In this document: piece after piece, positions 50,301-62,835 of the stretch
Numbering within the stretch: the first letter of the stretch is position 1
Layout: the number at the start of each line of letters is the position of its first letter
Assembly (NCBI GenBank): GCA_951406725.2
Contig: OX597839.1
Location: forward strand, 28,954,001 to 29,018,000
Reading direction: 5' to 3'
DNA from: Octopus vulgaris
Lineage: Eukaryota
DNA length: 64,000 nt
Made by a program: the position numbers and the translations under genes
The notes under the pieces: generated by a model
The model's database searches: none
Told to the model about the DNA's origin: nothing
Seen by the model: only the letters and a program-made list of their open reading frames with translations

Positions 50301-52045
50301 TGGCTGGTAAGCAAGCTACTTACCACACAGCTGCTCATACGCCTATGGAGTTAATGCTTACAGCACCTAGGTTTCCCTAGTGGTCACCCATCTAAGTACT
50401 AACTAGGCTCGATGTTGCTTGACTTTGGTTATCATGCGAGAACTGGTGCTCTCAACGTGATATGGCCGTAAGCATTAGTTTAAAAATCTTTCAGTGATGT
50501 GTTGGGAAATATTTATTTACAGTTTAATACATTTTATTATTGTATCAAATTTATTCATAGTTTATGAGGACAGGTTCACTTTGGTTTAAGCTTGCTAGTA
50601 AAATGAGACCAGAGTGAACCTGGTTATAAAAATATTGAAGCAGGTTCCCATTCGAAGAATTTAGTCACATGATTATTTATGCAATCTTATTTATTTGTTC
50701 TTCAGGAAAGTTCGTCTCTACCCTTACATTACTGAAAGAATGAAGAAAAAAGCTCTAGAAGATCTTCTACGAGAAAAGAACAACCTGGAAATTCTGTCAA
50801 AGTCGTTTCTCTCCCAGGTTTGGTGTTGCTTTTATTTTATTGTTTTTGTTGTTAAACCTGACTAACCTGACTTGTGTTTAAAAATGTTACTAACATGCCC
50901 ATCCTGTCAGTTTTTCAGGCATTGTCTTAGAAATATATCATTCAATATGTATTGTTTTTTTCATATTTTTAACAAAGCAGTGTGACTTGAGTGAGATTGA
51001 CAATTCTGGTTTGGTGGCCATGTAGATCTATCCAATGTTACTTGCACACCAGAGGAGAGAGTGTCATTATTATTATTATTATTAAGGTGGTAAGCTGGCA
51101 AAATTGCTAACACGCTAGATGAAATCCTTAGTAATACTTTGCTGGTCGCTACATTCTGAGTTCAAATTCCACTGAGGTTAACTTCGCCTCTCATCCTTTC
51201 CAGGGTCAATAAATTAAGTACCAGTGAAACACTGGGGTCAGTATTATCAACTAGTTCCCTTCCACCAAATTTCAGTCCTTGTGCCTATAGTAGAAAGGAT
51301 TATTATTAAGGGGGCAAGCTGGCCGAATTGTTAGTATGCTGGACTAAATGCTTAGCGGTATTTCACCTGTTGCTATGTCTGAAGTTGACTTTGCCTTTAA
51401 TCCTTTCGGGGTCGATAAATTAAGTACCAGTGAAACACCAGGGTCAATGTAATCAACCAGTCCCTCTGCTCCAGGCCTTGTCTCTTTAGTAGAAAGGATT
51501 ATTATTATTATTATTATAAGGTTGGAAGCTTCACATTGTGAGTTCAGTGCCATTGGTGTCCATATATTCCCCTTTCGAGGTTAAGTACCAGCTGAGGACT
51601 GGGGTCAATGTAATTGACTTACCCTTTCCTCCATAACTGCTGGCCTTGTGCCAAAATTTGAAACTGTTTTCATTATCGTCGTTAAGGTGGTGAGCTGGCA
51701 CAATCGTTAGCACGCTGGGCCAAACGCTTTGCGGCATTTCGTCCGTCTTTACATTCTGGGTTCAAAATCCACAGAGAATTGCGGTTTCAAATTTTGACAC
51801 AATTTCAGGGAAGTGAGTAAGTTGATTACATCGACCCCCCCCCCCCCGGTTCTTTTACTTGTTTCAGTCATTTGACTGCGGCCATGCTGGAGCACTGCCT
51901 TTAGTCAAGCAAATTGACCCCAGGACTTATTCTTTGTAAGCCTAGTACTTATTCTATTGGTCTCTTTTGCCGAACTGCTAAGTTACGGGGACGTAAACAG
52001 ACCAGCATCAGTTGTCACGAGAGACAAACACAGATACACAAACAT

Positions 52046-52077
<32 letters not shown>

Positions 52078-55000
52078 GATGGGCTTCTTTCAGTTTCTGT
52101 CTACCAAATCCACTCACAAGGCTTTGGTCGGCCCTAGGCTATAGTAGAAGACACTTGCCCAAAGTGCCATGCAGTGAGACTGAACCCGGAACCATGAGGT
52201 TGGTAAGCAAGCTACTTACCACACAGCCACTCCTACGCCATAAAAGGCAAAGTCGACCTCTGCAGAATTTGAACTCAGAACATAAAGACAGACAAAATGC
52301 CACCAAGCATTTTGCCCAGCATGCTAACAATTCTGCCAGCTTGCTACCTTAGCATCTACTATAATGATACTCGTGTTTTTCTCTGTCACAACATGAGGAA
52401 GGAAGGGGTGATGGCAAACTGGTAGTGGGAGTGTTTCAACTCTGTGTGAGTACATGTGTATGTGAAAAGGAAGTATGTGAATGTGTGTGTGTGCAAATGG
52501 GATAGTGAACACTCAATGCTGGAAAGAAAATTCAGTGTTTCAACACTGTGTGTGCTTGTACAAGGAAAGTATGTGAATGTATGTGAACATTGACAAGTGT
52601 ATTAATTTGATTTACCATCCATATTTATTTATTTATAAAATATTACAATTAGTTGAAATTTTTGACAGCATGGGGCCAGCTAGTTCTTAAATATTACATT
52701 GTTTTACATGAATTGTTCAAAGTGTCAACCAGAGACCTCAAGACTCCAAAACCTAGACATTTTATACCATGGCTGTTGTTTATGAATAACAATGGAATAT
52801 TTCAAGCAAAGGAGACCAAATTTGAAACATTCTGACTCCATTAAACAATTATTTCTTCTTAGGATGTGCACTGGGTCCATGAGAATTTTTTTAACAGGGC
52901 TAATGGGTGTGTAAAAATGTTTAAAAAATCACTTATTGGTACTCATCCAATCATAGAACTGAGTTAATCCATTCCTATTCACTTGGAAAACCTCTTTTGA
53001 ACATCTTTGACCCTTCAGTATTCAGATTCCTCTCTCAAATGTAATCCTTGGTTCTTCACATTGTTTTCAATTAATCATGTATCATCTTGTATCTTGGAGA
53101 TTTCAATGATGGAATTCTTTTAGAATGACATTGTTGGGTGGACGGGAGAGGCCAGATCTAACCAGTTTGAGCATAAAACAAGAAGAATATTTGGTTAGGT
53201 GTTGTTTGATGTTTTAGCAATCGGATTACTCTGTCAGATGTAATCCTTATCTATTCACATTGTTTTCAATTAATCAGGCATTTTTTGAGATTCTGATGAT
53301 GTAATTGTTTTACTTTTAGAAAGGCAGTGTAGGGTAAGTGTGAGAGGCCAGATCTGGTCAGCTTGAACGTTAAACAGACAGTATTAGATTGGATATGGCT
53401 AAAAGGTTAAAGATAATGGAGTGCCAAGTGAATAGCCCTGCAAAGAAAGCAACACCAATGTCAGGGCTTCATCATCACCATTTAACGTCTGTTGTCCATG
53501 CTGGCATGGGTTGGACGGTTTGGCTGGGCTGGCACGCTGGAAGTCTGCACTAGGCCCCTTTCTTGTTGGGCATGGTTTCTATGGCTGGATGCCCTTCCTG
53601 ACACCAAGCACCCTGAGAGTGTAATGGGTGATTTTATGTGCCACTGGCATAAGTACCATTTATGTGACACTGGGGTGTGTTTACATGCTACCGGCACAGG
53701 TGCCACTTTGTGTGACGCTGGTATCCGTCATGACTGTGATTTTGCTTGGCTTGATGAATCTTCTTTTCAAGCACAACATAATGCCAAAGGTCCTGGTCAT
53801 TGCCCCCGTGAGGCCCAACACTCGAAAGGAACCCAGCCACCTCTCCTCCGTGAGGCCTAATGCTTGAAAGAAACTCATCCACTTTGCCACTGTCAGGCCC
53901 AATGCCCAAAAAGAACCTAGTCGCTTTGCCTCCATGAGGCCCAACCAAGTATAAAAAGGTTCACCAAATAAGGCAACACCAACTCAACCAGTTCTGTAGC
54001 CATAAACAAAGAAACCGACCTAATTTACAGCAGTAAGTGACCAATTCTAAGATTTCAATAATATTGTCTGTTGTAATGTATTGTATCTGTAAAGGCGCAT
54101 GGCTCAGTGGTTAGAGTGTTCGGCTCACAATCGTGAGGTTGTGAGTTTGATTCCTGGACCAGGCTATATGTTGTGTTCTTGAGCCAGACACTTTTTCATG
54201 TTGCCCCAGTTCACTCAGCTGTAGAAATGAGTTGTGATGTCATTGATGCCAAGCTGTATTGGCCCCTTTGCCTTTCCCTTGGATAACATCGGTGGCACAG
54301 AGAGGGGGGAGCTGGTATGCATGGGTGACTGCTGGTTTTCCATAAACAACCTTAACCGGACTTGTTTCTCAGAGGGTAACGTTCTAGGTGCAATCCCATG
54401 GTCATTCATGACCAAAGGGGTCTTTGTATGTCACACTTCAATATCTGATCAAAGAAGAGGAAAAGACTTTTTTTTTCATATACAAAACTAGCGCTCTGTC
54501 AGGTATGATGAGTGACCCAGTTGATTCGATCAATGGAACAGCTTGCTTGTGAAATTAACGTGCAAGTGGCTGAGTACTCCACAGACACATACACACACAC
54601 ACACACACCCTTAAACCATTAAGTCCCACTGTCCTATAAACAGGACACTAAATGAGAACATTAAATAAGCTATATCACATTGTCTCTGTGTCCTATTTAT
54701 AGGAGACCGAGTATTTCCATTTCTACTTGAAGTAAAGGAGTTTTAATAATTTTTTTTTTCATCTTAACCTATTTTCAATCATCTGTAAAAATTTAAAAGT
54801 AATATTCAGAAATTTAAGTACTCTGGGGTTTCATGGGTTCATGTAGTTCTCAGGGAGATTCAGTGTGACAATGCTGGCCCCTTTGAATTACAAGTGCAAC
54901 TCATTTTTGTCAGGTGATTGGACACTGGAGCAAAATGAAATAAAGTGTCTTACTCAAGGACACAACACACCACTGGGAATTGAACCCTCGACCTTATGAT

Positions 55001-56175
55001 CTTGAACCAGATAATCCAACCACCAAGCCATGTTCCTTCATTATATTTTGTGTAACACGATTTACTTATACTTCACTTCAACCTGTTTTTTATTGAAATA
55101 TATTGACACAGCAGTCTGTTGAACTGTCACCTATGGGCATTTTTAATTCACTTTTGATAGTCTTTCAAGGTGTGGCTGTGTGGCTGAGAATTTTTCTTCC
55201 CAATCACATGGTTTGGGGTTCAGTCCCGCTGTGCTGCACCTTGGAAAAGTGTTTTTTCTTTAACTATAGCTCCATGAGAACCAGGGTCCTATGAGTCAAA
55301 TTTGTTCACAGAAACTGAAAATAGCATCATGATTGACCACTAACTCCAAAAGATTGTTTTTTATCTCTGTTTATTTCCTCGAGTTCTTTTCTGTTGAAGA
55401 GTGTAGGCTCAAAAACGTAAAAGACTTTCTCACCTTCCCGAGCGTCAACCTAATACACACTTGTTGTTTCTACTCCTGTCTTCGTCTTTTATTTTTCTGT
55501 AAATTTCAACCAAATAAAATAACAAAGGTGGCTGGATGCAACATAATGCCAAAAAGGTAAAATCCTTTGTCACTGATAGTAACTCAGGGTGCAGGGTAGC
55601 ACCTACATTGCTAGAAACATGAGTCAAAGACCCTTATAGCTACAAAAAGCACATTCTATGCACTGACAGGGGAGATAACCGACACGTGTGTGTGTGTGTG
55701 TGTATATTCTTGTTTCAGTTATTTGACTGCGGCCATGGTGGAGCACCGCCTTTAATCGAACAAATCGACCCCAGGACTCATATTGTGTAAGCCTAGTACT
55801 TATTCTATTGGTCTCTTTTGCTAAACTGCTAAGTTACAGGGACATAAACACACCATTGGTTGTCAAGCTAAGTAAAAGTGTGGTTGTCCTTGCACACAGG
55901 CTTGTCCCCTGCAACCATCTCCAGCTGAGCATCCCTAACCTTGTGGGCTCCTAGGTGCTGGTGCCACATAAAAAGCACCTATGTCGGTGCTGCGTAATAG
56001 CATCCAAAGCACCTGTGCAGATGCTGCGTAACAGCGTCCAGTACACTATTAAGTGGTTGGTATCCAGCCATTGAAGCCATGCCAAAATAGACGGATTCTG
56101 AACAGCCCTTCAGCTGGTCAGTGTCTATCAAACCATCCAACCCATGCCAGCATGGAAAATGGACATTAAATGATG

Positions 56176-56226
<51 letters not shown>

Positions 56227-56599
56227 AGTGTTTGTGTGATAAGTAGCTTGTTTAGCAACCACACATGGATCTGGGTTCAGTCCCACTGCATGGTACCTTG
56301 GGCAAGTGTCTTCTACTATAGCCTTGGGCCAACCAAAGCCTTGTGAGTGGATTTGGTAGGTGGAAACTGAAAGAAGCCTGTCGTGTGTGTGTATATATAT
56401 ATATGTGTGTGTGTGTGTGTCCTCACCACCATCGCTTCACAACCGATGTTGGTTTGTTTACATCCCCCATTACTTAGTGGTTTTGCGAAAAAGACCAACA
56501 GAATAAGTACTAGGCTTACAATGTCTTGGTTCGATTTGTTCAACTAAAAGCGGTGCTCCAGCATGGCTGCAGTCTAATTACTGAAACAAAAGAACAAAG

Positions 56600-56646
<47 letters not shown>

Positions 56647-59600
56647 TACATGTGTGTGTGTATATATGTTTATGAATGTTTACGCTGTGTTTTTTCTTGC
56701 CACGATCCTAACAATCTGTTTATTTTCCCTGTAAACAATGCATTCTGTAGCTCTCTGCTTTTGAAGACCATTGGAATAAAAAATAAAAGTAATACCCCCT
56801 TAACTGTTTTGCAAATAAGGTGGCAGAAAGTTGGGAATAGGAAGGGCAACAAACCTTAAAATACTACCCCAATACATCTCCATCTAACCCATGCCAGCAT
56901 GGAAATACAGATGTAAAGCAACTGAATGAAGTTTTCAATTATTCACACATAACCAAATTGTGGCTTTCACACTCTTTGAATTTGTCAAAGATAATAATTA
57001 GGATCACGGCGGTTAAGAAACATTTAATTAGGTTAATTATAGGTTTATGTAAGTGTGTAATGACAGACAAACAAAATGACATTCATTATCCATTTGATTT
57101 TAAAAAAGCTTTTTTTTTCTCTTTTTTTTTTAATACAAATTTTATCCACAACAGAGAAACAGAATTTAGTGATTGAAGAAGAAAATTTATTACACAATTT
57201 AAAATAAAATCAAAAAAAAACTCCCCCAGAATCTGGAGTTTGAGAGTTTTTAATTTATTGAAATGGTAAAATAATTTGGCTACATTTAGATGCAGGCATG
57301 TTTGTATGGTAAGAAATTTGCTTCCAAACTGCACGATCTTAGGTTCAGTCCCACTGCGTGGCGCCTTAAGCAGGTCTCTTTTGTCATAGCCTTGAGCCAA
57401 TTTAAAGCCTTGTGAGTGGATTTGGTAGATGGAAATTGAAAGAAAGAAGCTGGTCTCATATATATCTCACCATCATTTAATGTCCACTTTCTATGCAGGC
57501 AAGGGTTGGACAGCTTGATAGGAGCTGGCAAGGCCAGGGGCCACACCATGTTCCATAGTCTATTTTGGCCTGGTTTCTACAGCTGGATGCCCTTCCTTAT
57601 GCCAACCACTTTACAGAGTGTACTGAACCCAAGATTCTAATGGATGCTTTTTACATGCCAGCAGCATGACACCAGCATTGGCCATGACTATGATCTCACT
57701 TGGTTTGACTGGTCTTCACAAGTACGATATATCACCAAAGATCTCGGTCACCTGTCACTGCCTCTATGAGGCCCAATGCTCAAACGGTGCTTTTTACGTG
57801 CCACTAGCACAGGTGCCAGTCAGACAGCACTGGCATCGGTCAGGACTACGATTTTACCTGGTTTGACAGGTCTTCACATGTGTAGGTGCCTGTGCCTCCT
57901 AATAGAGGAAATCTGCTTCAACAAATTCCATCTGACCCCTATGAACTTAAGGAAAGTGGATGTTAACCCTTTTGTTACTGTTTTTATTTTGAGATGTTCT
58001 GTGTTTTTTTCACTTACGTTAAATATAACAAAGAATTTAGTAAAATAACTTTGTTATCATTAAGCTAGTGTGAGGAACATAAATTGTGACTAAGGTTTGG
58101 TGGAAGATTTTAATTTAAAACTTATGAAAACAAGACATTTGTACTCAAATCAAGAGCAAGTTTCAACCGAGTTGGTAACGAAAGAGTTAAACAATGTTGG
58201 TGAGGAAACATTTATTAACTGAGGAAGAAAATTTGTTGTGCAATTAAAAATAGGATTTTAAAAAAATCAAACAAGCTGGAATTTGAAAGCTTTTAATTCA
58301 TTGAAATGGTTAAATAATTTGAGAACCCTTTTAAGTGCAAAATTAAATTTCATGGTATTTTCTGCAAGTCACCTTGCTTTGATAACCTCAACATTTCTCA
58401 ACACAAAATAATTCCAAACATTCCTCAACAAAAGACAGACTGGTAACCATTTCCCCCTGTTAAGAAATTTTGAGTGGATTTGTCTGATTTCCACAGTAAA
58501 AAGGTTAATCAATGATAGTAACAATGATAAGGATGATTACACTAACGAAGTTGATTACGACATTGATGACATCCTTTATTCTCTTTTATGTTGTAATTAA
58601 CTAATTTTAACCCTTTCATCATCATCGTTTAACGTCCGTTTTCCATGCTAGCATGGGTTGGACGGTTCGACCGGGGTCTTGGAAGCCAAGAGGCTGCACC
58701 AGGCTCCAGTCTGATCTGGCAGTGTTTCAACAGCTGGGTGCCCTTCCTAATGCCAACCACTCCGTGAGTGTAGTGGGTGCTTTTTATGTGCCACCGGAAC
58801 AGGTACCAGGCGAGGCTGGCAATGGCCACGATCAGTTGGTACTTTTTCAGGCACGGAAGCCAGTCAAGGGCATCGGCCATGTTCGGATGGTGCTTTTTAC
58901 ATGCCACTGGCACAGGTATCACAACTACAATTTCCATTTGATTTTTGATGTTGATGCTTATTCCAGTAATGATGTTAAATATTTTCCAAAAATTAGAATT
59001 GGTATTTCCTGCAAGTCTTGTTGCCTCAAAATAATAATAATAATAATAATGAAATTATTGTATACAGTGCTCAGGTGCACCACAACTTGTCAAAGTGCAT
59101 ATAAAGCATATGCAGTAATGTACAAATGTCTGGAAAGTGAACAGTGTATGTGTCAGATACATGCTTGTGTGTGTATGGAGGGGAGAAAATCAGGTGTAGT
59201 GTTGGCGAATCTCAGGAAGCATGGAAGTTTTGAAGGATGCAGTGCTCCGACAACTAACAACTGATGCCGGCAGTTTGTTCCATGCTTCAGCAATTCTCAG
59301 CGTGAAAAAATGTTTCCGAAAGTCATGGGAGCTGTGCTGTTTTCTGACTTTGTAAATGTGTCCACGGGTGTTAGATGGGTGGAGTTTGAAAAGGTGCTCA
59401 GAGTTAATAATTTTATGGGTATCTGCCAAGTCAACTGCCAGACGTCAGAGTTTCAATATCTCATTAGAAAATTGTTTCAAACATGATGTTCCTCAACAAA
59501 AGATGGATTCGTTTATAAAACTGCACAGTTAAAGGGTAATCAAATTTTGAGTGAATAGATTTGATTTCTGCAGCAAGAGAGTTAAATCTGTTGATGTTAG

Positions 59601-60768
59601 CAGTTTTCCTGTGTGTGATAAAGGCATCCATTGCACTTGTAGCGTAAAGCAATGTTTGTGCATGTTTATATAACAGGGCCTGTGAGGTGTAACTGTATAG
59701 TGACTAGCTTTCCTTAGAGCCACCATCCATGGCCACTCCTCAATACTAGCACAATTGATGACCGCTAAGTGACTGAGGAATTTAACAGAGCAATTTATAT
59801 GGAGTAACTTTGCACGGAAGAGTGGAACGTACAGTTGTTAAAATTATTCCTGTAAACAGAAGCTTCCAGAATTGTTATTTTTCACTTCCCCCATCAAATC
59901 AAATGTTAAATTTTGTACAAAATTTTCAAATTTTGTTTTCAATTAGGGAAAAAAAAATTCCCTCTGGAGAAATTACCTAGATACAGTTAACCAAAATGGA
60001 CGAATTTTGCATATATAGGGTCAGGCGTGTGGTATGAAGCTTGCTTCCCAACCACATGGTGCCAAGTTCAGTCCCACTGTATGGCACTTGTGTGACCTTG
60101 AGCTGACCAAAGTCCTGTGAGTGGATTTGGTTGACAGAAACTAAAGGAAGCCTGTTGTATGTTTGTGTTTGTCTCCCCACCTCTACCATTGCTTGACAAC
60201 CAATGTTGGTGTGTTTATGTCCCTGTAACTTAGCTGTCTGGCAAAACAGACTAATAAAATAAGTACTAGGCTTACAAAGAATAAGTCATGGGGGTTGATT
60301 TGTTAGGCTGAAATCCTTTAAGGTGGTGTTCCGTAGACACTGCTTGTATGACAGTGATGCTCATTTACAGCTGTCACGCAATGACAAGGCAAGGAGACCC
60401 CAACACTCACAGATGACTGAAACGAGTAAAAGAAGAATAAAAGAATATATGCAATTAACCAAAATCGACATGTCCTGCATATGCATTTAACTGAACAATT
60501 CTGCATGGATTTGATGCTAAGTAAACAGTAAGCAGTCATGCAATTAACCAAGCTATGCAATTAAAAGGAATTTCCTGAATGTGTCTGTCTTAAATGTTCT
60601 TTTGAAATATTGTTTTCTTTTTAGGGAGAAGAAATCAATCACATGAGCGAACGCAGGGCTCAGAGAAAGACTGAATTGTTTCGATCTCGGCCACAAAAAA
60701 CCTGGTATAAGAATGTTGTTGCTGAAGATTGCTTCAAATCTCTGAATGTTAGTAAAAAATGGGAATAA
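41285..60768 (+). CDS. MRPL57: Spliced gene model, mitochondrial ribosomal protein L57 (mL63/MRP63), 107 aa, 3 coding exons
   Basis: Spliced protein MRLTLVSCFFKKLQHIPGHLTKGKVRLYPYITERMKKKALEDLLREKNNLEILSKSFLSQGEEINHMSERRAQRKTELFRSRPQKTWYKNVVAEDCFKSLNVSKKWE*. It aligns with recalled mL63 motifs IPG....GK.R, E..N...LS, E..H and the C-terminal LNV.KKW. Confidence 0.9.
45620..45950 (+). mobile_element. CR1/L2-group LINE 3' end
   Basis: SLGFRGPQLFNILPKNLRDL..VDADFFKIKLDLFLSGVPDEPT...RAAASNSL is a non-LTR ORF2 C-terminus; short 3'UTR ends in a SINE-like tail. Confidence 0.8.
45990..47100 (-). mobile_element. Degenerate gag-like ORF1 of an L1/Tx1-type LINE
   Basis: GC-rich, frameshifted reading ...RAWVCGLP/PGTEAGWIEKTIRRGLG...FPDFLKMAGYRYPVIL*GRHP / GHIKRNCPG (half zinc knuckle), then a basic low-complexity tail. 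Confidence 0.6.
47922..48160 (+). mobile_element. Helitron-like 5' fragment
   Basis: TCTTCTATGATATAAA...AAACGACTGGGTGGATTCGCATGAAAAATGGCACACATG resembles the 5' blocks of the two other Helitrons. Confidence 0.5.
48552..48867. repeat. Near-perfect 121-bp inverted repeat with a 74-bp spacer
   Basis: 48552-48672 is the reverse complement of 48747-48867 with few mismatches; a degraded pogo/Tigger-like TIR (CAGGTCGTTGTTGACTTATGACC) lies at about 48444. Confidence 0.8.
48953..49250 (+). mobile_element. tRNA-Arg-like SINE (octopus OR-type, family C)
   Basis: GGAGGCACATGGCCTAGTGGTTAGAGCAGTGGACTCGCGGTCGAAGGATCGCGGGTTCGAATC head. Related copies at about 6603-6910, 35799-36090, 9260-9440. Confidence 0.75.
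49362..49932. mobile_element. Cluster of three copies of a tRNA-headed repeat, two forming an inverted pair
   Basis: Minus copy with tRNA-like head GGGCAGTTTAGCTTAATTGGTAAAGC (about 49362-49530); 49582-49730 is inverted relative to 49770-49932. Confidence 0.65.
49955..50345 (-). mobile_element. Family A SINE, full length, next to the 5S pseudogene
   Basis: Complete head-to-tail copy. Confidence 0.85.
50353..50473 (-). pseudogene. Dispersed 5S rRNA pseudogene in MRPL57 intron 1
   Basis: Reverse complement reads GCTTACGGCCATATCACGTTG...AAGTCAAGCAAC...AGTACTTAGATGGGTGACCACTAGGGAAACCTAGGTGCTGTAAGC: a full-length metazoan 5S with substitutions in box C and no T4 terminator. Confidence 0.9.
50706..50817 (+). 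CDS. MRPL57: MRPL57 coding exon 2
   Basis: Acceptor ttgttcttcag, donor CAG|gtttgg; open and in phase with both neighbouring exons. Confidence 0.9.
51850..52240 (-). mobile_element. Family A SINE, full length
   Basis: Complete head-to-tail copy. Confidence 0.85.
53470..53946 (-). mobile_element. RTE 3' end with internal 42-bp tandem triplication
   Basis: LGLT.AMT/DQDLWHYVVLEK-type C-terminus; 42-bp units at 53808-53933. Confidence 0.65.
57962..58190 (+). mobile_element. piggyBac-type MITE, second family (another copy at about 41515-41741)
   Basis: TTAA|CCCTTTTGTTAC...GTAACGAAAGAG|TTAA. Confidence 0.7.
58615..58955 (-). mobile_element. RTE-tail repeat
   Basis: (ATC)n-GTTTAACGTCCGTTTTCCATGCTAGCATGGGTTGG... 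as in many other copies in the window. Confidence 0.75.
59031..59465 (-). mobile_element. CR1-group LINE 3' fragment (same family as 18790-19170) with (ATT)n tail
   Basis: Near-identical peptide and 3'UTR; (TAA)n on the plus strand at 59031-59050. Confidence 0.85.
60625..60768 (+). CDS. MRPL57: MRPL57 coding exon 3 (terminal)
   Basis: Acceptor ttttctttttag; ends LNVSKKWE-TAA. Confidence 0.92.
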   Translation, partial: GEEINHMSERRAQRKTELFRSRPQKTWYKNVVAEDCFKSLNVSKKWE

Positions 60769-60769
60769 A
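60764..60769 (+). terminator. Candidate polyadenylation signal AATAAA overlapping the MRPL57 stop codon
   Basis: GAA TAA A forms AATAAA; a GT-rich tract (tgttgttgctgctgttgttattgt) starts about 20 nt downstream. Confidence 0.45.
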
Positions 60770-62514
60770 TATTTATAACTACTTTTCAAATGTTGTTGCT
60801 GCTGTTGTTATTGTAGTATTCTCTCTGCTTGCCTCTCTCTCTCTCTTTTTTTTCCAGTTGGGGCAGTCATGTATCTCTTCTACAACAAGAATCCTCTTTC
60901 TCTCCCTCCGTCTTACTCTCCCTCCGTCATCATCTGACACAGTGCCACCTTCCTCTCTACAACTCCCCAATCATTTGAGGTGGGTGAGGGTTTGTCTTTG
61001 TCTTGTGGGTTCCTCGGTGACCTTGCTCATGTTGATGCCACATAGAAAGCACCCAGTGCACTCTGTAAAGTGGTTTGCATTGCATCCAACGGAAGAAACC
61101 AGGCTGAAACACACAGTATAGTTCGGTGCAGTCCTCTGCATCACCATCATTGTCATCAATACATAACGTCTGTTTTCCCTGCTGGCATGGGTTGGACAGT
61201 TTGACAGGCACTAGCAAGGCTGGGAGCTGCATCAGGTTCCAGAGTCTCTGTTTTAACTTGGTTTCTGTGGCTGGATGCCCTTCCTAGTGCCAACCCCTTT
61301 ACAGAGTTTATCGGGTGCTTTTTAAGTGGCACCATCACCCACACCAATGCTTTTTATGTAGCACCTTGGTTTTAGGATCTCAGTTCTGTTGTGGTGGGCA
61401 TATCTTGGTCCTCTGATATCTCCTTCATAAGGTTCATCATTTTGAGATTGGCCTTCAGTAATGCTTCATCCTGTGTCTTTGCTGGTCTTCCTCTCCCACA
61501 GCTTTTATCCACTTCAGGTGGTCAGCATTTCTTTCTGCAACTATCCTCATCCATCTGCATCACAACCCATACCAGCATAGGAAGCAAATGTTAAATGAGG
61601 ATGATGTTATGTATACAATATGGGTGCTTATTTAGAAGGGTTCTGTTATTGTTACTTTGTCGGCTGTTGGGGTGATCTTTCTTTTGTTTCCATTCCTTCC
61701 ATTCAGGTCAGACGACTTTCCAAGGACCAATGTAACTCTTTCACACCAGATGCCTCAATCGAAAGATGAAGCATGAATTCCAGGCAAAGTGGCCGAGCTC
61801 CTTTCGAGTATTGGGCCTCATGCATGCAATGGCCGAGACCTTTGGCATTATGCCGTGTTTGAGAAGACGACCCATCAAACCAAGCAAAATTGCAATCGTG
61901 GCAGATACTGGTGTCACGCAAATGGCACGTAAAAGAGTGGTTGGCATTAGGAAGGGCATCCATAGAAAATCATGGCCAAATCAGACTGGAGTCTGGTGCT
62001 GCCTTCCAGCTTACCAGCCCCGGTCAAACCATCCAATCCATGCCAGCATGGAAAACGGATGTTAAATGATGATGATGATGATGGTGTTTAGTCACATTGG
62101 TTTTTCACAAACTAGATATCTCCTCTGTGCATGCCATGTCCACAGGTGGCAGCAGTAGTTTGCTAACTGAACTGGTTGACCCTGGCCATTGACAGTTTCT
62201 TGTCTGTTTGTCTGCTCACCATCTTATGATATTTCACCATTGATTTAATAAATTCATTTTCTGAGATCATTTACAACCTCCATGCTGCCTCCCACCATTT
62301 CAACACACCCTTGCTCAGGTAGTTACATGCTCTTTAATCCTTAGCTGGGATCCTGACAGGTGTGACTACTCTGGGTCAGTGTGGCACCTGCAAACAACAG
62401 TGGCCAAGATGTGGTCCCATATTCCTCAAAGCCCTGGAATTCCCAAACCAGGGCCCCACTACCAGATGCAGTTTAGTGTGATACAGTTTTTTTTATTTAG
62501 TCACCATCAAGTGA

Positions 62515-62835
62515 GTGAAGGTACGTGGCTTAGTGGTTAGGGTATTTGGCTCACGATTGTGAGGTCGTGGCTTTTATTCTTGGCTGTGCATTTTGTCCTT
62601 GAGCAAGAATCATGTTTCTCTTTGCTCCGGTCCACTCGGTTGACAAAAATGAGTTGCAACTGTAATTCAGAGGGCTAGCCTTGTCACATTCTGTGTCATG
62701 CTGAATCTCCCTGAGAACTAGGTTAAGGGTATGCATGTCTGTGGAGTACTCAGCCACTTGCACATTAATTTCACGAGCAGGCTGTTCCGTAGATCGGATC
62801 AACTGGAACCCTCGTTGTCGTAACCGACGTAGTGT
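62515..62835 (+). mobile_element. tRNA-derived SINE with V/Meta-like centre (family D)
   Basis: TGGCTTAGTGGTTAGGG head; TTGTCCTTGAGCAAGA...GTCCACTC centre. Copies at about 22940-23210, 34250-34535, 40335-40655, 54515-55040; a related subtype at 36128-36460 and 54093-54425. Confidence 0.7.
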
